From Utricularia gibba (taxonomy: Eukaryota; Plantae; Magnoliophyta), in assembly GCA_002189035.1 (NCBI GenBank), contig NEEC01000023.1:806001-870000 (forward strand): DNA of 64,000 nucleotides, given 5' to 3'. Below, one piece after another: positions 51,981-63,046 of the stretch. Within the stretch, counting starts at the first letter, position 1; the number at the start of each line of letters is the position of its first letter. A program made the translations under genes and the position numbers. The notes under the pieces are model-generated. The model was not told where the DNA came from and ran no database searches. It worked only from the letters and a program-made list of their open reading frames with translations.

Positions 51981-52719
51981 CTAAAATGATTTTTCATTAT
52001 CTCGAATGGTGCGAACCTCTTTTTCTTCCTCTGGAGTAAAGTCATCCTTTATGTTTAAGATCTTGCGAATTTCCTCCTTCCCGTTAGCACGCCGACCACG
52101 GGCTGGGCTGTCAGGCGCAGCATGCCTTGATACCTAGATAATCTGCAGCCTGAAAGGAAGTTTATCAGTAAAAAAAAGGGAATGCCAGCACTACCATGGA
52201 TTCTACTGCAGAAAGCATGAAAGAAAACGTTCAATGTGAAAATATTCAAAAAATGTACATTGAAAAAAATACTGAAATCAGCAACAGAACAAATGCATAT
52301 ACATGACCAAAAATCATGTCGAAAAACCACTTCAAAAATCAGAAACCATTGGAAACTTTGCAGAGTAAATAACAGGAATCAGAAGTACAAAAAAAAAAAA
52401 AAACAGGGAAGGGGGATAACGTACCCTGATCAGGGTAGACAGTGTTCCCCGATCAACCCTCACGAAATCACCATCGAAGGCTTTCAACTCCTCAGCCTCG
52501 ACATGAGGCTTGCATTACTCACTCACCTTGGCGAGAATCCTGGCGTTGACGTTGAGCATCGGAATGGCGTTTTCGGCACAGTTTATCCTCAATCATGGGA
52601 GGGCCTTATCGTGATCATCGATTCCAGCGCCCCGCCTCCTCCACCTCGAAGCACTTCCCATCGGAACTCTTCAGCAAGATCATCTTATGCGGCGCGGCGT
52701 CGGTCGATGATGATGCCAT
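51981..52719 (-). pseudogene. SKP1: SKP1/ASK-like pseudogene, retains its intron
   Basis: MASSSTDAAPHKMILLKSSDGKCFEVEEA, ALES, MIED, NCAENAIPMLNVNARILAKVSE*CKPH, LKAFDGDFVRVD..LI|AADYLGIK and EEIRKILNIKDDFTPEEEKEVR. About five frameshifts, a Tyr-to-TAA nonsense codon, and loss of the KTP residues. Confidence 0.93.
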
Positions 52720-52840
52720 AGCTGTGCAAACTTGGATGGATCAGCTATGGATGTGTTCATTTCTCGTCACACGAAAACTAGGGCTGAGTTCATCCATGAA
52801 CATAATCAACAAAGGCACAGAAAGAATGGGTACCAATACA

Positions 52841-53232
52841 GGCCCAAAAAACATATAAAAAAGAAAGCAAGTGCACATTGGGCCCCACCATCCAGCCCTA
52901 ATGTGGTTGGGCTACATTTCGTGGGCTGAATAATATGGGCCGATGCCCAAAATCTTAGCCTAGGGAGAACGTTCGTAAGAGCCTTTCATAAGAAGCTCAA
53001 ATGGAAACCACAGCAATGGCCCAGAAAGGGATTTTTTTTTTTTTTACTTTTCAGGAAGGGATTTTTTTTTTAGAGGGGGTTGGCGGAAGTGATAGAATTC
53101 AAGTTAATTTTTTTGGGTCGTGAGGTTTCTTTCCTCAGCGTTATCGCGGCCACCGCCCTATCTTGTTCGCCGGCGTAATCCAAGGTTAGTTGCTTAGATG
53201 TTAACACAGCATGGATAGAGAATTTAGGGTTT
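52841..53232. promoter_or_regulatory. Dense site II cluster plus telo-box in the divergent promoter between the SKP1 pseudogene and the DnaJ gene
   Basis: GGCCCA at 52841, TGGGCC at 52879, TGGGCT at 52908 and 52922, TGGGCC at 52936, GGCCCA at 53018 and TAGGGTTT at 53225. Confidence 0.65.
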
Positions 53233-53598
53233 GGAATTTAGTTTTCTGATGAAATTAATATGCATACTGCTTTCTTATTGGTAAAACTGATGCTGATTGT
53301 CTCTGGATGTCATGCGACTTTGTAGTTGGCCAATTGAAGAAACCACGTTGGTTACAATTCTATTTTTTTTTTTATGGTAGTGGAATTTTGGGGGAAAACT
53401 AATCCTCTCTGGATGTTAATGAGGGCTAGAAAGTTGTCTCATCATGATTTACGCGATTGGTGGAATCCAAATAAATTGTGATTCGTAAGCTTGTTCGCTC
53501 CTTTTGTTTCTGGTTTCGTTTCCTCCTCTAGTGATTTCAGTATTTTGTTCTCCTAACCGAAATTTGCACGGTAGTGCAGGTGAGGATTAGTGGGTGAT

Positions 53599-54655
53599 AT
53601 GGAGGCAGAAGTGGATCATTATTCTGTGCTGGGTCTGCCTTCTGGTGAAGAAAGTGCGAAGCTTTCTCATCAAGAGATCAACAAAGCTTTTAGATCTAAA
53701 GCCAGAGAGCTCCATCCCGACAAGAGACATGATGATCCTAAGGCGCATGAAAATTTTCAAAAGCTTCAAGCTTCTTATGAAATTCTCAAGGACGAAAAGG
53801 CCAGGAAGTTATTTGATGATCAACTGAAATTGCAAAGGGAGAAACTCAAGCGTCAAGAACAGCAAGACTCCAAGCGGCAGAAGATGATGTCTCATCTTGA
53901 TAGAAGAGAAAAATACTCATCTATTGATCCCAAGTTGAAGAAGCAGCAAGAGGAATTGGAAAGAACTTCTCGACAATTAAGAGAAGAATTACAAGGAATT
54001 CAAGCAATGCAGAAGGCTAAAAGGATGTCAGGCGCTACGGCATCAGCTAAAAAGGACACATCGGGTGTTGGAAAAGGAAATAAACGTGGCAGCGCTACAG
54101 ATTTGGACACCGAGAAGATTCTTAAAGTTTCATGGGAGAAGATTGGTCATGACTACACCGCACAGGCGCTGCGGGAAATTTTTGAAGAGTTTGGTGTTGT
54201 AGAGGATGTGGTAAAGCGGGACAGGAAAAGATCAGCTCTTGTAGTAATGGAATCCAAGGATGCTGCCGTAAGTATTTCTTACTATGTTTGTCGGCCAGTT
54301 CTTTTTTTTTTTTTTTTCCAGTTCTCATGAACGGTTCTTGGTGTTAGGTTGCGGCTGTGGGTATGGTCTTGGGCGATCTATCGAATCCACTTCTAATCAA
54401 ACCCTTTAAACCCATTTCTTCACCAGTTGTTTCTATCGATGAGAAAAATGAGTTAGATGGCCCAAACTTGAGCAGTGTCGTTGGTTCTGGATATCAGGCT
54501 TTTGAGAATTCAGTACTTGAGAAACTCAGAAAGGTCAGCAGTCTTGTTTGCGTATGATTTGTTTTCTTATTTTCTTTTTTGGAACCAGTCGAGGTAGTTT
54601 TGATTGGCTGGTTTTTTACTTTGTATCCTTGCAGGCTGCAGAGAAACAAAAATGA
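53599..54655 (+). CDS. DnaJ domain plus RRM-like protein (DNAJC17/cwf23-like spliceosome co-chaperone), 3 exons
   Basis: DHYSVLGL, ARELHPDK (HPD motif), FQKLQASYEIL, ILKVSWE..YTAQALREIFEEFGVVEDVV and GDLSNPLL. ATG at 53599, TGA at 54653-54655. Confidence 0.9.
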
Positions 54656-54944
54656 TCATCTTGTGGGTGGGTAGTCAATGAAGGCTCTAAATCAGTCTTC
54701 CCATTAGTTATGAGGCGTATGTGTTGCGCTCTCGCTCTGTTGTCAGATGCGGACAAGGAAATCAAATCGGGTAAATTTGAAGAATGGCCATCTCTCTTTT
54801 TTTCTCTGTAAATGAGCAATCAAAACCCTTTGATACAACTCGTCCAATAGAAATGGCGTCCCGACTCCACAGCGGAGCGTATGAGCATCTAACTATGCGG
54901 ACAACGGCCAGTTCCTCCCTGAAACTACCCACTAGCTAGCTGCG

Positions 54945-54990
54945 CTACTGTCTTATTAGTTGTGCAACAACTACTGTCTTATTAGTTGTG
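54945..54990 (+). repeat. 20-bp direct repeat (period 26) just upstream of the exostosin ATG
   Basis: ctactgtcttattagttgtg at 54945-54964 and 54971-54990. Confidence 0.95.
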
Positions 54991-55002
54991 GAATTCCAAC
55001 GC

Positions 55003-56039
55003 ATGCTCTTCATGGCCGGATTATTCCAACTGCTCCTCCTCCTCCTCATCCCATCCTTCTCCGCCGCAGCGCTGCCGTCAACGTGTCTCTCATCCTCCGC
55101 ACTCTTGCGAAGCTACGGAAACATGATCGACACATTCAAGATTTTCATTTACGCACCCACAGATCCTGTCGACTTTTCCGACGACACCGCCGACCTCTTC
55201 TACCACACCCTCCAACACAGTCCGTTTCTCACGGTGGACCCGGCCAGAGCCCACCTCTTTTTCGTACCCCTTCCCGGGGACGCCTCCGCTCGTTCTCTGG
55301 GACGCGTGGTCAGAGAAGTCAGGCACAATTTCCCCTTTTGGAATCGCACTCTCGGTTCCGACCATTTCTTCATATCGCCGGCGGGTATTGGCTTTTCCTC
55401 GGATCGGAATGTTTTAGAGCTGAAGAAGAATTCGATCCAGGTGTCGGTCTTCCCCGTTATCTCCTGTAACTTCATCCCCCACAAAGACGTTACCCTGCCT
55501 CCAATCGCCGCGTTTCCCCAGTTCTCGCCCCGGGGAATTCGACCGGAGCATTGTTTCTGGGTTACATGAACTGGGATGGAAAATCTGATGCCGCTTTGGT
55601 CAGGGAATTGAAGGCAGAGGAGGGTTTCTTGGTGGAGGAGAAGTCTGAACCTTTGACTTACATTCAGCGTGCTCAAGAGAGTAAATTCTGTTTATTTCTG
55701 TATCGCGGCGATTTGACTGGAATGACCGCAGCGATGGCGTCCGGCTGTGTTCCGGTGGTGATTGTGCACCGCCCCATCCAGGACTTGCCGTTGATGAAAA
55801 TCTTGCGGTGGTCCGATTTCGCATTGTTCGTGGCCGGCGGCGCAGATAGCTTGAAGCGGGTTCTGAACGGAGTGAGTGAAGACAAGTATGGGGAGATGAA
55901 GCAGTTGTGCAAAAGAGCAGCAACCCATTTGAGATGGAGCCGGGGCAGGGCTCCTGAGCCATTTGACGCCTTCCATATGGTGATGCATGAGCTCTGGCTC
56001 CGCCGCCACGCCGTCCGATACACCCGCCGCGATGCTTGA
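55003..56039 (+). CDS. Exostosin-family glycosyltransferase (GT47), intronless, with a single frameshift
   Basis: Signal anchor, FKIFIY, DPARAHLFFVP, FPFWNRTLGSDHFF, FIPHKDVTLPP, then ESKFCLFLY, GCVPVVI, DLPL..LRWSDFALFV and FHMVMHELWLRRH. The frame break at 55513-55519 (T3/C4 runs) is repaired by +1 base. Confidence 0.85.
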
Positions 56040-56422
56040 TGATTACTTATGGCACATCACATGTCTGTGTTAGCTCTGCTTCCTCCTAATCTGTGGATTG
56101 AAATTTGAGTAACCCGTGCAGTGCGTGTTTCCATTCCATTCCATCATGTTCTTCATCTTCCTACTCCTACTCCTACTCCTACTGCTACTGTGTGGTACTG
56201 GTATTAGTGAGCTCTACTGAGAGGAGAGGCGAGCAGGCAGGCAGCTTCACTGCACTGTAGTCATCCAAGCCGTCGGAATTGGAGCAGCAGATGCTTGTTA
56301 GATAGGCAACAGGATTAGTGGGGGGGAGGGGAATCAAAATGTCGGCGCGGTACGTGAGCCGGAGCCCACAACGAATTAAAAGCAGAGAAACACAGGTAGA
56401 TGCATACAGCGGCTGATCCAAC

Positions 56423-56486
56423 CCACACACAAACACACACACACACACACACACACGCACGCGAAGGAAGGAAGGAAGGAAGGAAG
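56423..56486 (+). repeat. Compound (CA)n and (GAAG)n microsatellite
   Basis: cacacacaaacacacacacacacacacacacacgcacgc followed by gaaggaaggaaggaaggaaggaag. Confidence 0.85.
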
Positions 56487-56888
56487 CTTCAAGCCTGCCT
56501 TCCAACAAATCCCGATTCTCCATGTCACAACACAAACAGCACAATTTTGCGTGGGAGAGATCTGGTTGGAGGCCGTGATTTGGCAGGACGAGGGGCGAAC
56601 CCGAAAGGAGGCCACCAATACTCGACTCGAGTTTATCCAATAATAATTTGTGACCATTTTGCCCTCCACGTGGCGACATTTCATTAGTTTGGCGCGAGGA
56701 AGCTTCTGAGGCCGACCCCAAGGCCAAGGGGAAGCCCGCCCACCCACCGCCCCCGGGATCCCCTCTCATATAACCTTTTTTATTTTCCGAATATCGATCG
56801 CTTAATTTGCGCCTTGGGCTGGATTTCTCCTCTCTTCCCCTTTTGCTGTTGTGTAATTAGGGTTCCTGATCGCTCGACTTGGAGATCC

Positions 56889-59559
56889 ATGGGAGAGGAG
56901 CGAGAAGTTAAATTGAATTTGGGGAGGGGGAGGGGGAGCTCGTCAATCTCAATATTCGTTCCTCTAATGGTTCTAAGTTTTCGGTCAAAGCAAGCCTCGA
57001 TTCCACCGTCGGGGAATTCAAAATCTTGTTGGCCAACAATTGCGATGTTCCTGCCCAACAGCAGCGTCTGATCTACAAGGGTCGGATCTTGAAGGATGAC
57101 CAGACCTTAATCAGCTATGGTACTTTGTATTTTCTGTTAACCTAATTTTTTTTTTCTAGTTCAGCTGCTTTCTTGGCCATGATTTCAACAATAAGAATGA
57201 TAACAATGTCTTCTTCGATTTATCTGGAGGAAGGGAATGTTGCTCTAGATTTTCGTGTGTTCCCTGATCTCGCACCGAAAGAAAGGATAAAACTTTGTTG
57301 TTGACATAATGATCTTGGCAATTTCTTCTTTATCAGGGTTACAGACTGATCACACGGTTCACATGGTACGTGGTTCTGCACCTGTTACACCCCCTCCATC
57401 TGATGCTCCTTCAAGTGTAGGAAGTACGGGTAGTGTTCCCGCTACTGGTCAAGACCCCAATGCAGCGGTGACTGGACTACCTGGTACAGGCGCATCCCTC
57501 TTTCCGGATCTCAATTTAGGTTCGTTTGGGAGAGCCGGGGCTCCTGGATTGTTTGGAGCTGGGCTGCCCGACTTTGAACAGATGCAGCAACAACTGACTC
57601 AGAATCCCAACATGATGAGAGACATAATGAATATGCCTGCAGTTCAGAGCCTTATGAATAATCCTGAGATCATGCGCGGATTAATTATGAATAACCCTCA
57701 GATGCGTGAGATTATTGACCGAAATCCTGAGCTTGGTCACATCCTTAATGATCCTAGCATTCTTCGGCAGACACTAGAAGCTGCTAGGAACCCAGAAATC
57801 ATGCGTGAGATGATGCGAAACACTGACAGGGCAATGAGCAATCTTGAGTCCTCTCCAGAAGGATTTAACATGCTAAGACGTATGTATGAAAATGTCCAAG
57901 AACCTTTCATGAATGCAACAACAATGGGTGGTGCTACAGCTGCCTCCGGAGCAAATCCATTTTCAGCTCTTTTGGGAGGTCAAGCTGGTTCCCAACATAG
58001 AGATGGCTCTAATTCAATTCCTGGATCCGAAAATAATACAGGAGGAGATGTTGCTCCAAACTCTAACCCACTTCCAAACCCATGGAGCAATGGTAAGATA
58101 AACCGTGTTGCACATTCTTAATTTATTCTGTTTGTTGTTGTTTCATGAATCAGGAATGACCTTCAGAATCTGTGGGTTTTCCTCTTTTAAATTGCACACA
58201 ATCTTTTCAATATCTCAGTTGAATGGTTTTCCTGCTTCCATTTCACGTCTTGTGGTTGTTTTTTATTATTATTATTATTTACTCATCTTGTCCAGACAAT
58301 ATACTCCTGTTGTGCATGACATTTCAGAAAGAATAATTATTTAAACAACGGATTTTGTAGGAGCTCCTCAAGCAAACAGTGCTCCTAGAACCAACACAAG
58401 ATCGTCCAATGTCACCGGGTTGGGAGGACTTGGTCTACCCCAGTTAGGCGCTAGTGGAATGCCAGATCCATCTGCATTTAGTCAGTTATTACAAAATCCT
58501 GCTGTGGCACAGATGATGCAAAGCTTGCTTTCCAATCCTCAATATGTTGATCAAGTACTACAGCAACTTTGAGAATCATTCATCGTTTTTGTTTTTTGTT
58601 TTTTTGTTTTTTTTTTTACTTGGGTTTGTGTTCAAATCATGATCTATTGCAGGTTCTAGGTCTTAACCCTCAGCTTCGGAGCATGATGGATATGAATCCT
58701 CAATTAAGAGAAATGATGCAAAACCCTGAATTTCTACGAGAGTTGACCTCTCCTGCCACCATGCAGGTATTTCGGCTTTCATATCCACTTCATTTTCAAG
58801 TTGCCTTCCTGAGCCTACAGAACCCCAAACAGTGATGTTTTTAAGCCGTTTTCCAAGGTCTATGCATTACAAATTTGTGTTCAGTGCTTGTCTTTAGCAA
58901 GTCATACCAAGAGAAGTCTGTATGCTGACCTACTTGTGAACTTATTATCTCAGCAAATGCAAGCTCTGCAGCAACAACTTTCGCAGCTTAGTCAGCAGTC
59001 CCTGTGAGTTTCAAGAGTTCAGTTTTTTTTCTTTTTGTCTCCTTAATATATGAAGTTATGCGATGATTTCTGACCGTAATACTCCTCCATGCTTTTTTTT
59101 TTGTCAGAGATGGAGCTCAATCTAATCAAGTTAGAGGTACTACACTAGTAGTTTTTTAGAAGGGTCATGCATCAATTACAGTCAAGTATTTTAATCTGGA
59201 TCAATCATTTTGATGCACTTCAACTTCAGGTTCTCAAAACAACTTTGGTTTGGAGATGCTAATGAATATGTTCGGTGGACTTGGAGCTAACGGCCTGACC
59301 CCAAATCAAGCCAATGGTCGGCATTCTCACAACCTCCTTCATCATCCATGTTAAATCCTTTAGATGATGCTAACTTGTTAAATTGGTTTCGACCCTTGTC
59401 GCTCCTCCAGTGCCCCCTGAAGAGCTGTACGCAACTCAACTCTCCCAGCTTCAAGAGATGGGCTTCTTTGACACCCAAGAAAATATCAGAGCACTCCGAG
59501 CTACTTCCGGAAACGTTCATGCTGCAGTGGAACGCCTCCTCGGAAACCCTGGTCAGTAG
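56889..59559 (+). CDS. DSK2: Ubiquilin/DSK2 ubiquitin receptor (UBL-STI1-UBA), multi-exon
   Basis: [42 protein letters not shown]1 repeats ([23 protein letters not shown]), PLPNPW and [28 protein letters not shown]. The ATG is out of frame by one base at the G4 run 56921-56924 (neighbouring runs are G5), probably an error. Confidence 0.93.
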
Positions 59560-60229
59560 TAGCGGGGCAGCTGCAGTGGAATACATGATGGGATAGAGCC
59601 GGCAGCGGCAAGGAAGTGTGAAAGTGAGTCATCCCTGTCCTTGAAATGCGTTTGTGTTGGATCACTGGTGGCGCTGAACCATACGCTATTTTACTTATTT
59701 GTTTGTTACACTGCGCTGTGGGCCTGTAGACGAAGGAGGTTGAATTGATTTCGTGGACCCTCTGCCTGTGCACATATGGAATCCCTTTTCTTTTTTGGTT
59801 GGTTGTGTCGCAAAGGCAGTGTGTTGTGGGGGAGGAGGGCGGAGACGTGGGAGAGGAAGACAGTGTTGCTGTCTGTGTACGGACATGACCTCCGAGAACC
59901 AGTCCCAGAACCCTCTCCCAAATGCTTGGGAAGCTCATGAAAACGTGGTGGTGAGTGGTGACGTCACCCGCCCTTCAATTCAATGAAATGAAAAATAATA
60001 AACCCTAGTAACTCGTTGGGGAGCGTATGGGCAGAAGTGTAATTTACTCCAGAATCCGCAGAGTGCAAGTGGAGTTCGTGGCTGCTAGGTTGGAAACGTG
60101 GCCCATTGCCAATGTTCCAGATTCTCTCCGTAGAGCCCGCCCGCCCCCAGCCCCCCCCTACTTCTTGGAGCCGTCTCCAAGCTCCAGATTCGATTTTCGG
60201 CTGCTGAAGATTTCCTGTGTGTGCTCTGG

Positions 60230-61991
60230 ATGAACATGAGCGGTGCCGTGGAGGAGTTCACGGCGGGCTATTACGGCGTTTGTGCAGCCGGGGGGTTGCT
60301 CAGCTCCGGAGCTACGCATTTGGCTATCACCCCTTTGGATGTCTTGAAGGTTAACATGCAGGTCTGATCTTTTGCAACCAGCTTCGTGGTTTTTCTCTTG
60401 TTTTGGTTTATGGGAGATGCCATATTCGATTTGAGTACCCGTGCTCCATCTTTCCTTCCTTGTTTTTTCTTTTACGTTGTAGTAGTTCAGCAGCCTTTGT
60501 AGGTTGAAATTAAGTGATGCTGAAAATCCATAGAGGGTGCTCGACTTTCTTGATCGAAAATAACTGCGTGGTCATGACCGGTTTTGATCTAATTGTTATG
60601 AGACAACTATGCTGGAGCAGTTTTATCAGGATAAATTTCCTCCCTGGTGAAAACTTTAACCTACCACAGCTTCATTCACCGTTCTTTAAGAATCATTGGT
60701 TGTTTCCACCAGTCATTGTGCTTTACTTGTAATCGAGGATTGCGGTTAAGCGGTAGCTCTGTTGATTTTCCATGATAAGGGGATAACAAACCACCAAGGG
60801 GACTGCTCTGAGTTCGGAGTTCAATTTGTGCCCATCTGGTGTATATGCTAATGTATGCATATGAAAATTTCAGGTCAACCCACTCAAATATAGTGGGATC
60901 TTATCTGGTTTTGGTACCCTATACAGAGAAGAAGGCTCTGCTGCACTTTGGAGGGGTTGGTCCGGCAAGCTTATAGGCTATGGCATACAAGGGGCATTCA
61001 AGTTCAGTCTTTACGAATACTTCAAGAAGATGTATGGTGATCTATTGGTTGATCTGAGCAAGGGAACCATCTTCTTCATCAGCAGTGCATCTGCTCAAGT
61101 ATTTGCTGATGTTACCCTTTGCCCATTTGAAGCTGTGAAGGTTCGAGTCCAAGCCCAGCCGAATTTTGCCAAAGGCTTGGCCGATGGCTTTCCAAAGCTT
61201 TATGCTACTGAAGGTCTCCGCGGGTAATTGACGCATATCAAAATTAGCTAAGGTTGTATCGAGTAGATGCACTCTGAGGCTGAAGTTGTGCTCTTTCTTT
61301 TGTTCCTGCAGATTCTACAAGGGACTTCTTCCGCTCTGGGGTCGGAACCTTCCATGTAATGTCCTCACCGGCGTTTTCTAGGATTTTGTTTTTATCATCT
61401 GCTAAGATATCCTTCAACTGGTTTTGCAGTCTCCATGGTTATGTTTTCGACTTTCGAGCATTCTGTAGAGTTCATGTATGATAAGATATTGAGGACGAAA
61501 CGGGAAGATTGTTCCAAGGCCGAACAACTTGGTGTGTCATGTATAGCTGGCTATGCAGCTGGGTCTGTGGGGACTGTAATCTCCAATCCTGCCGATAACA
61601 TCGTCTCCTCTCTATACAACAAAAAGGCCACAAATGCAATTCAGGTAAAACCCAGCTTCCTCCTCTCTGCAACACCTTACCTTGATAAAGGATCTCAACA
61701 TCCTGGTTTTCCTTTTTCCTTTTCAAAAACTTTCCATCAGGCTGTGAAAAATATTGGGCTTGCAAATTTGTTCACCAGAAGTCTTCCCGTCCGAATCGCC
61801 ATCGTTGGCCCCGTTGTTACCCTGCAATGGCTTTTCTATGATAGCATCAAGATGCTCAATGGACTGTAATGATCTTCATTTTTTTCCTCTTGATATTATG
61901 CATGGGTACAGTTTTATTGACAGCAGTCTGTAATCGTCTCCACAGGCCGAGCAGTGGAGGACTGAGAACGTGTGTAAAGGGTGCGCAGTAA
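60230..61991 (+). CDS. MPT1: Mitochondrial phosphate carrier (SLC25), multi-exon
   Basis: THLAITPLDVLKVNMQ, WRGWSGKLIGYGIQGAFKFSLYEYFK, ADVTLCPFEAVKVRVQ, VMFSTFE, ISNPADN and VGPVVTLQW. A short last exon at 61946-61991 reads PSSGGLRTCVKGAQ*. Confidence 0.92.
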
Positions 61992-62571
61992 CTAGGCGCT
62001 GAGGCCATACCTTGAGTAGTCGCGTATAGAGATGGATGACCAGGAGGGTGGTGCTTTGCAGAACAAGATCATCAAAGCATGTATGCATGCATCTTCCTTA
62101 TTCTATGGGCATCCGCTCACATTGACGGAGAATGAACTGTTTTTGTACATGGCTAAGAAATACATCACGTTCAAAGCATGCAAATTCTTACGTGGTGGAT
62201 GGAGGAGATGCACTAGAAATGTAGTTCATGGCCAAGGTGCCTGCGAGGTACGACGAGTATCTTCGCTATCCCACGAGCGGCAGAAGACATTACAAACATC
62301 GAACGAACTTGGCGCTGCTGTTTTCCCGATCATCCACGCCTACTTTTTTAGTGAAGGTCCCCGGTGCAACGTCAGGAAGAGTTCTGCCATCTCAGCAAGC
62401 AAGCATGCACCATTTCTGATCCGCATCGCCCTGCTTCGGTCACATGGAGGCAACGAGATTACCGATTTTCCCGCAGTCCTCTCAAGCAGTCTAGCTGCAT
62501 ATTCCCTAAACCCTACGAAACATCAATCCTCCCAAGGATGTTGCGCAGTGCACAACATAGTGGAGAGTTTA

Positions 62572-62652
62572 AGGATCCAGGCGGAATCGAACCGCCATCC
62601 TCTCGACGCATTAATGCGACGGAGTGCTCTTCCAATACGAGCTCATGAATCC
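62572..62652 (-). tRNA. Non-canonical tRNA-Cys(GCA)-like cloverleaf with a 6-nt insert after the anticodon (pseudogene, unusual intron-containing tRNA, or SINE head)
   Basis: Minus strand reads GGATTCA TGA GCTC GTATTGGAA GAGC A CTCCG TC GCA T TAATGC G TCGAG AGGAT GGCGG TTCGATT CCGCC TGGATCC T. Acceptor stem 7/7 (one GU), D stem 4/4, T stem 5/5, perfect B box GGTTCGATTCC, discriminator U. Confidence 0.7.
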
Positions 62653-63046
62653 ATCCCTTCGTGGTTCTAGAGTTACCCCATCACCCAACAAAGAAACAGA
62701 GCTTCAAACTCAGAAAACAAAATCAACGAGGGATTACGCTTACTGATAAATGGGATAACGTTATAAGAAGTACTTTTACTTGAGGACCATCTAGTGAAGA
62801 CTGGGTAAACCCCCACGTGCCACACCGGTGGGTAGACAACATTAGCCGCAACCAAGGCTACCCAAACCTGCTGCATTGGAATAAAATCGAAAAAACACAT
62901 CCAGAGCAGTGAACTACCATGGCAACGACTCGAGGCAGCCTTGATCCCTCCAAAGCAGGATCAAATACCACTTACATGCAACGATATGGCGATTGGATTA
63001 AATAACTAGGGTAACAAAATTAAATGCAACAAAACCCAATCAACCT

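Noticed and set aside
52236-52721. 161-aa plus-strand ORF, and many other 60-200 aa ORFs antisense to real exons
   Set aside because: These are shadow frames of the SKP1 pseudogene or of genuine genes on the opposite strand or frame.
55003-56039. Exostosin gene as a pseudogene or programmed -1 frameshift
   Set aside because: There is a single lesion in a homopolymer, no canonical X XXY YYZ slippery site, and the same error pattern occurs in four other genes.
56229-56249. miR167-like sequence on the minus strand (16/21 identity)
   Set aside because: The match is explained by a GCAG repeat tract, and no fold-back partner for a precursor hairpin is visible.
56889-57071. Out-of-frame DSK2 ATG as a regulatory overlapping uORF
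   Set aside because: There is no alternative in-frame ATG before the UBL domain, and adding one G restores a typical MGEE.. N-terminus. Best explained as an indel error.
61407-61420. ATATCCTTCAAC as a U12-type intron signal in MPT1
   Set aside because: The intron donor is a standard U2-type GTAATG, so the similarity is incidental.
62504-62514. CCCTAAACCCT as a telomerase RNA template
   Set aside because: It matches 1.5 telomere repeats, but this is also the common telo-box. I found no properly spaced USE plus TATA promoter, no G-rich 5' end and no convincing P1 pairing. An Infernal search with a plant TR model would settle it.
62032-62670. 212-aa plus-strand ORF (MDDQEGG...) as a protein-coding gene
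   Set aside because: No recognisable motif, it starts 40 bp after the MPT1 stop, and its 3' end is the antisense of the tRNA-like cloverleaf. Most likely a chance ORF.
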